Assembly: GCA_041497895.1 (NCBI GenBank)
Contig: JBGQHJ010000074.1
Location: 1-23,531, forward strand
From: Candidatus Methylomirabilia bacterium
Lineage (GTDB): Bacteria > Methylomirabilota > Methylomirabilia > Rokubacteriales > CSP1-6
Direction: 5' to 3'
DNA length: 23,531 nucleotides
Below the pieces are notes generated by a model. The model was given only the letters and a program-made list of their open reading frames with translations, made no database searches and was not told the origin of the DNA. Positions 17,644 to 23,531 of this stretch are shown one piece after another. The position numbers were made by a program, and so were the translations under genes. How positions within the stretch are numbered: position 1 is the stretch's first letter; every line of letters begins with the position of its first letter.

Positions 17644-18849
17644 GTGAGGATCCTGCTCCTGAGCCGCGAGTACCCGCCCCACGTCTACGGCGGCGCCGGC
17701 GTGGTGGTCGACCACCTGAGCCGCGCGCTCGCCCGTCGCGCGCCGGTCGAGGTCCGCTGCTTCGGCGACCAGGCCGCGGCCGGGCCCGACCTGAGCGTAC
17801 GCGGCTACGCCCCGTGGGACCGGCTGGCCGGCGGGCCCGAGGCGGCCTACGCGCCCGCGCTGGAGGCGCTCTCGGTCGGGCTCGCGATGGCCCGCGATCC
17901 GGTCGCGGCGGACGTGGTCCACACCCACACCTGGTACGTGGGGCTCGGCGGGATGCTGGTGCAGGCCATCCACGACGTGCCGCTGGTGGTGACGCTCCAC
18001 AGCATGGAGCCGCTGCGCCCCTGGAAGGCCGATCAGCTCGGGACCGGCTACGCGGTCTCGACCTGGGCGGAGCGGCTGGCCGTCGAGCGCGCGGAGCGCG
18101 TCATCGCGGTGTCGGCCCAGATGCGCGGCGACATCCTGGCCCACTTCCGCGTCGACCCGGACCGGGTCGTGGTCATCCACAACGGGGTCGACGCGGAGGC
18201 CTTCCGGCGGACGGAGCGTCGCGAGGCCCTTGCGCGAAACGGGGTGCGGGAGCCCTACGTGCTCTTCGTCGGTCGCATCAGCGAGCAGAAGGGCATCTTC
18301 CCTTTGCTCGAGGCGGCGCGCGCGCTGCCCGAGGACGTCTCGCTCGTGCTCTGCGCGAGCAGCCCCGACACTCCCGAGTTGCTCGCCCGGCTCCAGGCCG
18401 CGGTGGCCGGGCGCCCGCGCGTCCACTGGATCAACGCGATGCTGCCGGTCGCGGAGGTCGTCGAGCTTTACAGCCACGCCGCCGTGTTCGTGTGCCCCTC
18501 GATCTACGAGCCGTTCGGGCTCATCAACCTGGAGGCGATGGCCTGCGGCACGCCGGTGGTGGCGAGCCGGGTCGGCGGCATCCCGGAGGTCGTGGTGGAC
18601 AGGGAGACGGGCTGGCTCGTGCCGCCGGGGGACGAGGCCGCCCTCGCCCAGGCCCTCCGCGACGCGCTCGGCGATCCGGCGCGCGCGCGGCGGATGGGCG
18701 AGGCCGGCCGCCGTCGCGTCGAGGCCCACTTCTCCTGGGACCGAATCGCGGACCGCACGCTCGCGGTCTACCGCGACGCGATCGCGGCCAAGGCGGCCGC
18801 CCGTGGCGGGTCTGCCGGGAGCGGTCACCGCGAGGGCTCCGCCAGGTAG
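17644..18849 (+). CDS. glgM: Alpha-maltose-1-phosphate synthase GlgM (actinobacterial-type GlgA, GT4), 401 aa
   Basis: REYPPHVYGGAGV, HTHTWY, HSMEPLRPWKADQLG.GY, LFVGRISEQKG, SSPDTPE, CPSIYEPFGLINLEAMAC; GTG start with GGAGG RBS. Confidence 0.9.
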   Translation: MRILLLSREYPPHVYGGAGVVVDHLSRALARRAPVEVRCFGDQAAAGPDLSVRGYAPWDRLAGGPEAAYAPALEALSVGLAMARDPVAADVVHTHTWYVGLGGMLVQAIHDVPLVVTLHSMEPLRPWKADQLGTGYAVSTWAERLAVERAERVIAVSAQMRGDILAHFRVDPDRVVVIHNGVDAEAFRRTERREALARNGVREPYVLFVGRISEQKGIFPLLEAARALPEDVSLVLCASSPDTPELLARLQAAVAGRPRVHWINAMLPVAEVVELYSHAAVFVCPSIYEPFGLINLEAMACGTPVVASRVGGIPEVVVDRETGWLVPPGDEAALAQALRDALGDPARARRMGEAGRRRVEAHFSWDRIADRTLAVYRDAIAAKAAARGGSAGSGHREGSAR

Positions 18850-20666
18850 AACGCCACGCTCCAGGGCGGCAGCTCCCGCCAGCCGGCTCCGGGCAGGTCG
18901 AGCGCTTGGAGGCGGCGGCCCCAGTCGGGCCCCGGGCCCGGGTGGGGCACCGCGGTCGCACCCAGGTTCGCGACCAGGCGCAGCGTTGCGGCCGGGAACG
19001 CCCACGCGACCTCGAGCGCGGTATCGCCGAGGCCCTTCCACGAGGCGGCCGGAACCGGCTCGCCCACGAGCAGCGGCACGATCGCTTCCGTGCGCAGCCG
19101 CAGCAGCGCGCGGTGGAAGTCGAGCCAGGCCCGGTGCGCGGGCTCGGCGAGACGGCTCCAGTCGAGCACGGAGCGCGCGCGCGTGGTCTCGGCCTGCGGG
19201 TCCGGGATGCGCTCGCGCACCTCCGGCCGGGCGAACTCCGGGAAGCGCGCGAACTCACGGCGCCGGCCCTCGGCCACCGCGGGCCCCACGTCGGGCCCCA
19301 GATCGGTGAAGAACAGGAAGGGCTCGGGCGCACCCCACTCCTCGCCCATGAACAGCAGCGGCAGGGCCGGCGCGAGCAGCAGGATCGCGGTGGCCGCGCG
19401 CACCGCCTCGGGAGCGGCGAGCGCGGTGATGCGCTCGCCCATCGCGCGGTTGCCGATCTGGTCGTGGTTCTGGAGAAAGCCCACGAACGCGGTCGGGGGC
19501 AGGTGGGTGCTCGGCTCGCCGCGCGAGTCGCCGCGATACCGCGAGGGCTCCCCCTGGAACGCGAAGCCCTCGGTGAGGATGCGCCCGAGGTGCGGCAGCG
19601 GCGGCTGGTAGTCCTCGTAGTAGCCCCCAGTCTCGCCGGTCAGCGGGACGTGGAGCGCGTGGTGCGCGTCGTCGTTCCACTGGGCCTGATAGAGCGGGCG
19701 GCGCCCGGCCTCGCGGCCGAGATAGCGGGCCTGGTTGGCCCCGTTCTCGAGCACCAGGTGCACGGACCGCTCGCGGCCGGGCCCGTCGGCCACCGCGCGG
19801 CCGAGCTCCACCAGCAGGTGCGCCGCCGAGTCGTCCACGATGGCGTTGACCGCGTCGAGCCGCAGGCCGTCGAGGTGATACTCCTCGAGCCAGTAGAGCG
19901 CGTTGTGGATCATGAACGCGCGGACGATCTCGGCGCCGGGTCCGTCGTAGTTGATGCCGTCGCCCCAGAGCGAGCGGTGGCGCGGGGTGAAGAAGGCGGG
20001 GGCGTAGCGGTGCAGGTAGTTGCCCTCCGGCCCGAAGTGGTTGTAGACCACGTCGAGGAAGACGGCGAGGCCGCGGGCGTGGCAGGCGTCCACGAGGGCC
20101 TTGAGATCCTCCGGCCGGCCGTAGCGGGCCTCGGGAGCGAAGAGCAGCACCCCGTCGTAGCCCCAGCCCCATCGGCCCGGGAAATCGGCGAGCGGCATCA
20201 GCTCAAGTGCGGTGACCCCGAGCGTGACGAGGTGATCGAGCTTCGCCGCGACCGCCGCGTACGTCCCCTCGGGCGTGAACGTGCCCACGTGCAGCTCGTA
20301 GAAGACGAGGCGCTCGGGCGGCAGCCCGGCCCACCCGCCATCCCGCCAGGCGTAGGCGAGGGGATCGACGACCTCGCTCGGCCCGTGCACGTCACCGGGC
20401 TGGAACCGGGCCGCCGGATCGGGCACCAGCATCTCCCCGTCGATGCGGTAGCGGTAGCGGGTGCCCGCGGGGGCCTCTCGCGTCACGTGCTCGGCCCAGC
20501 CGCCCGCGTCGCGCGGCACCGGCACCGCGCGCCCGGTGTCCTCGAGCCAGAGCTCGACCCGGTCGGCGCCCGGGGACCAGAGGCGGAAGCGGGTGCTCCC
20601 GTCGTCGCGCAGGCACACGCCGAACGGCATCCGATGGGCGCGTCGGATCGCCGGCGGAGCGGTCAT
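18825..20666 (-). CDS. treZ: Malto-oligosyltrehalose trehalohydrolase (613 aa)
   Basis: FRLWSP, PDPAARFQP.DVHGPS, YELHVGTFT, WGYDGV, DVVYNHFGPEGNY, DGLRLDAV, QWNDD.HH, QNHDQIGNR, LLFMGEEW; ATGA overlap with the treY stop. Confidence 0.96.
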   Translation of the reverse strand: MTAPPAIRRAHRMPFGVCLRDDGSTRFRLWSPGADRVELWLEDTGRAVPVPRDAGGWAEHVTREAPAGTRYRYRIDGEMLVPDPAARFQPGDVHGPSEVVDPLAYAWRDGGWAGLPPERLVFYELHVGTFTPEGTYAAVAAKLDHLVTLGVTALELMPLADFPGRWGWGYDGVLLFAPEARYGRPEDLKALVDACHARGLAVFLDVVYNHFGPEGNYLHRYAPAFFTPRHRSLWGDGINYDGPGAEIVRAFMIHNALYWLEEYHLDGLRLDAVNAIVDDSAAHLLVELGRAVADGPGRERSVHLVLENGANQARYLGREAGRRPLYQAQWNDDAHHALHVPLTGETGGYYEDYQPPLPHLGRILTEGFAFQGEPSRYRGDSRGEPSTHLPPTAFVGFLQNHDQIGNRAMGERITALAAPEAVRAATAILLLAPALPLLFMGEEWGAPEPFLFFTDLGPDVGPAVAEGRRREFARFPEFARPEVRERIPDPQAETTRARSVLDWSRLAEPAHRAWLDFHRALLRLRTEAIVPLLVGEPVPAASWKGLGDTALEVAWAFPAATLRLVANLGATAVPHPGPGPDWGRRLQALDLPGAGWRELPPWSVAFYLAEPSR

Positions 20667-23530
20667 CGAGCGGCGGCCACGGAGGGATCGGCGGCCACGC
20701 GCTCCAGGAGCGCCACCGGGAAGTGGGCGAACAGTCGCCCGGCGGGCAGGACCGCGAGCCCGTCCCGCCGCTCGCTCGTCACCTCGAGGCCGGTGAAGCG
20801 GTCCCGGTAGACGCCCGCGAGATCCTCGCCGAGCCCGATCGCGGTGTGCTCCCACGCGGCCTCGGCCGGCACGAGGGAGCCGGTGAGCCCGCCGAGCCGC
20901 GCGGTGAGACGCGGCACCGCCACCACGACCGCGTCGGCGCCGTCGGTGCGCGCCAGCGCGACCACGTGATCGGCGCGCGGGCCGTCTGCGCCGAGCGCGC
21001 GGTAGGCGCCGAGCGCGAAGAGACGCGCGCGCTCGCGCCGGAGCGTCAGTGCGCGGTGGGTGAGGTAGAGCTTCACGCGGCCGTCCGGCCAGGCATCGAG
21101 TAGCTCGCGGCAGTGGCCGGTGGCGTCCGCCCCGGCGGCCCGGTCGGCCCCGATGCGGGCGGCGAGCGCCTCCAGCAGCGCCCGCCGCCGCACGAAATCG
21201 ACCGGCCGGCGGTTGTCGGGATCGACGAGCGAGAGGTCCCACAGCTCGGTGCCCTGGTAGAGATCCGGGATGCCGGGGACGGTGAGCTTGAGCAGGGTCT
21301 GGCCGAGCGAGTTCACCGCGCCGTGGGCGGCGATCAGCCGCTGGAAGGGCCGGAACGCGGGCAGGAAGGGACCGTCGGGAGCGAGGAGGGCGCGCACGAA
21401 GTCGCGCATCGCTCCATCGTAAGGCTCGCTCGGGTTGACCCAGCTCGTCCGACGCTTGGCCTCCTTGGTGGCCTTCTCCATGTACGCGACGACGCGTCGG
21501 GTGGTCGTCTCGAGCGCCTCGTCCTCGTCGCGCGCGGGCCACGCTCCCACCAGGGTCTGGTACAGCAGGTACTCGTCGTTGCGGTCGGGCGCGGCGTGCC
21601 CGTCGATCTGGCGCCGCCATCGCCGGGCGATCCCGCGCCAGCGGCGCACCTCCGCCGCCCACGCGGCCGGCACCTCGGAGAGCACGTTGATCCGCGCGCG
21701 CACGTCCTCGCCGCGCTTGGTGTCGTGAGTGGACGTGGCCAGCATCGACTCGGGCCAGCGCTCGAGCCGCCGCTCGTTGCGGGCGTGGAAGACGGAGACG
21801 GGCTCGCCGTAGCGCGCCGGATCGCCCCCCACCTCGTTGAGCGAGACCAGGCGGTTGTACCGGTAGAACGCGGTGTCCTCGACGCCCTTGGCGGTGACCG
21901 GCCCGGTGGTCTGCTGGAAGCGCATCGCGAAGTCGCGCCGCGCGGCGCGCTCCTCGGAGCCGCTCCGGTCCGGGTGGCGCAGCAGCAGCACGTCGCGGAC
22001 GAAGTCGAAGATCGAGACGTTCACGGTGGGGTTGCGGCGCTTGGCTTCCGCGACCGCCGCCTCGATGTAGCCCCGGTCGCGCGGGCTGGGGGCGTCGGTG
22101 CCGTCGTCGCCCACGTAGGTCCGGTAGACCGCGAAGGCGGCCACCACCTCCCGGAGCGCGCGCCCCAGGCTCGGCAGGGTGAAGTCCCGGGAGGAGCGGT
22201 CCCGCTCGGACATGCGGTCGAGGTGGTGGCCGAGCTGGTTGATCTCGCTCGCCATCGAGACCTGCATGATGAGGCGCTTGGCCGCGTAGGTGAGGTCCGC
22301 CATCCGCGCGTCGTCGCCCGCCACGCGCGAGTAGAGCGCGGTCATCTGCCGGGAGGTGCCCCGGTCGACGAAGAGGCCGTTGACCGCGGCGAGGAAGTCG
22401 TAGCCGGTGGTGCCCGCGACCGCCCACCACTCGGGCAGGGGTTCCTCCGGGCCGAGGATCTTCTCGGCTGCGATCCAGAGCGGGCGGGCCTCGAGGGCGG
22501 CGGCCGGGTCCGCGGCCCGGGTGCGGTAGAGCACACCCAGCGCGTCCGCCTCGGCCGGGTCGAGCTCGGGCAGGAGGCGCCGCGCGGTCGCCAGCAGCGC
22601 GCCCTCCTGCAGGCGACGGAAGTACTCGCCGGGCGCATAGAGGCCGTCCGGGTGATCGATGCGCAGCCCGGTGACCTTGCCCTCGCCGACCAGGCGCAGG
22701 ACCAGCTGATGGGTCGCGTCGAATACCGCGCGGCGCTCCATGCGGATGGCGGCGAGGTGGCTCACGTCGAAGAAGCGCCGGTAGTTCACCTCGTCGCCCG
22801 CCACCCGCCAGTCGGCCAGCCGGTAGGTCTGGCCGGAGAGCACGCGGTCGAGCCCGTCGAACGACGCCGGATCGCCCGGGACGCCGTTGAAGCGCCGCAC
22901 CGTCTCCTCGATGTGCTCGCGGATGTCCGCCGACTCCTTGGCGAGCGCCATCAGGCGCCGCTTCACGATCTCCTTCTCGCGCGTCCGCTCCTCGACCCGG
23001 CGGGGGTCGGTCTCGGTGCGCCCGGGGAGATGCTCGATCGCGGTCAGGATGCTGCGCAGCTCCTGGAGTCCCGGGTCCTCCGGGCCCAGGCGCTCCGCGA
23101 GGGGCTCGAGCCCGTCGGTGAGGATCTGCGGATAGGTCCGCGGGGTGATGGGCAGGCGCGCGCCCCCGTACCGCAGGTGGAACGCCCCATCCGCGAACTC
23201 CAGCGCGAGCTGTTGCGACTCGAGCACCCGGCCGTACTGATCGGGCAGGATGGGCAGGAGGACGCGGTAGCGCAGCTCGGCCTTGGCCGGCGCCCAGTCG
23301 ATGTCGAAGAACTCGGCCCGCGGCGAGGCGGGGCCGTTCTCGAGCACGTCGAGCCACCAGGGGTTGGCGTCCCCCGCGATGCCCATGTGGTTCGGCACCA
23401 CGTCCAGGATGAGCCCGAGCCCCTGCGCGGTCAGACGGGCGGCCATCCGGTCGAAGGTGGCGGCGCTGCCGAGCTCCGGATTGAAGGCGTTGTGGTCGGT
23501 GACGTCGTACCCGTGCGAGCTGCCCGGTCC
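20663..23530 (-). CDS. treY: Malto-oligosyltrehalose synthase, 5'-truncated by the window edge
   Basis: PGSSHGYDV at the window edge, LDVVPNHM, WWLDVLENG, NYRRFFD, GLRIDHPDGL, EKIL, GTTGYDF, AKGVEDTAFY, STHDTKRGED, DLYQGTELWDLSLVDPDNRRPVDF. Confidence 0.96.
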   Translation of the reverse strand, partial: GPGSSHGYDVTDHNAFNPELGSAATFDRMAARLTAQGLGLILDVVPNHMGIAGDANPWWLDVLENGPASPRAEFFDIDWAPAKAELRYRVLLPILPDQYGRVLESQQLALEFADGAFHLRYGGARLPITPRTYPQILTDGLEPLAERLGPEDPGLQELRSILTAIEHLPGRTETDPRRVEERTREKEIVKRRLMALAKESADIREHIEETVRRFNGVPGDPASFDGLDRVLSGQTYRLADWRVAGDEVNYRRFFDVSHLAAIRMERRAVFDATHQLVLRLVGEGKVTGLRIDHPDGLYAPGEYFRRLQEGALLATARRLLPELDPAEADALGVLYRTRAADPAAALEARPLWIAAEKILGPEEPLPEWWAVAGTTGYDFLAAVNGLFVDRGTSRQMTALYSRVAGDDARMADLTYAAKRLIMQVSMASEINQLGHHLDRMSERDRSSRDFTLPSLGRALREVVAAFAVYRTYVGDDGTDAPSPRDRGYIEAAVAEAKRRNPTVNVSIFDFVRDVLLLRHPDRSGSEERAARRDFAMRFQQTTGPVTAKGVEDTAFYRYNRLVSLNEVGGDPARYGEPVSVFHARNERRLERWPESMLATSTHDTKRGEDVRARINVLSEVPAAWAAEVRRWRGIARRWRRQIDGHAAPDRNDEYLLYQTLVGAWPARDEDEALETTTRRVVAYMEKATKEAKRRTSWVNPSEPYDGAMRDFVRALLAPDGPFLPAFRPFQRLIAAHGAVNSLGQTLLKLTVPGIPDLYQGTELWDLSLVDPDNRRPVDFVRRRALLEALAARIGADRAAGADATGHCRELLDAWPDGRVKLYLTHRALTLRRERARLFALGAYRALGADGPRADHVVALARTDGADAVVVAVPRLTARLGGLTGSLVPAEAAWEHTAIGLGEDLAGVYRDRFTGLEVTSERRDGLAVLPAGRLFAHFPVALLERVAADPSVAAAR

Positions 23531-23531
23531 G

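Noticed and set aside
18825..23357. 1510-aa ORF suggesting a giant TreZ or TreY-TreZ fusion
   Set aside because: The upstream part is off-frame translation of treY. TreZ homology begins at ATG 20666, which overlaps the treY stop.

Overview
Very GC-rich bacterial chromosomal window (about 70-75% GC by eye). The gene style suggests a soil bacterium such as Ca. Rokubacteria/Methylomirabilota, but that is inference only. I saw no mobile element, CRISPR array, rRNA or tRNA. 1-7.2 kb: a crotonase-family gene coupled to a catalytic-domain-only MetE-like gene (-), divergent from a Rieske oxygenase / SDR / HGSNAT(NagX)-like acyltransferase operon (+), then an aldehyde:ferredoxin oxidoreductase (-). 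7.2-9.3 kb: an MPG glycosylase and a small stress-type operon (lmo0937-like peptide, an Fe/Mn SOD broken into three frames, a DUF3185-like peptide). Two back-to-back sigma54-type promoters drive this operon and a divergent 69-aa orphan. 9.3-23.5 kb: a trehalose/maltose-1-phosphate/alpha-glucan cluster, treY(partial)-treZ-[glgM on the opposite strand]-DUF5752/OrfY-treT-like-GT-A-like-glgE-treS-mak. Main candidate for a novel system: the TreT-like and GT-A-like proteins are full length but appear to have lost their catalytic motifs. With OrfY they form a translationally coupled pseudoenzyme module directly upstream of glgE. glgM lies antisense inside the same operon with no room for a promoter or terminator (noncontiguous operon/excludon layout). 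Family consensus motifs are recalled from memory and were not aligned.
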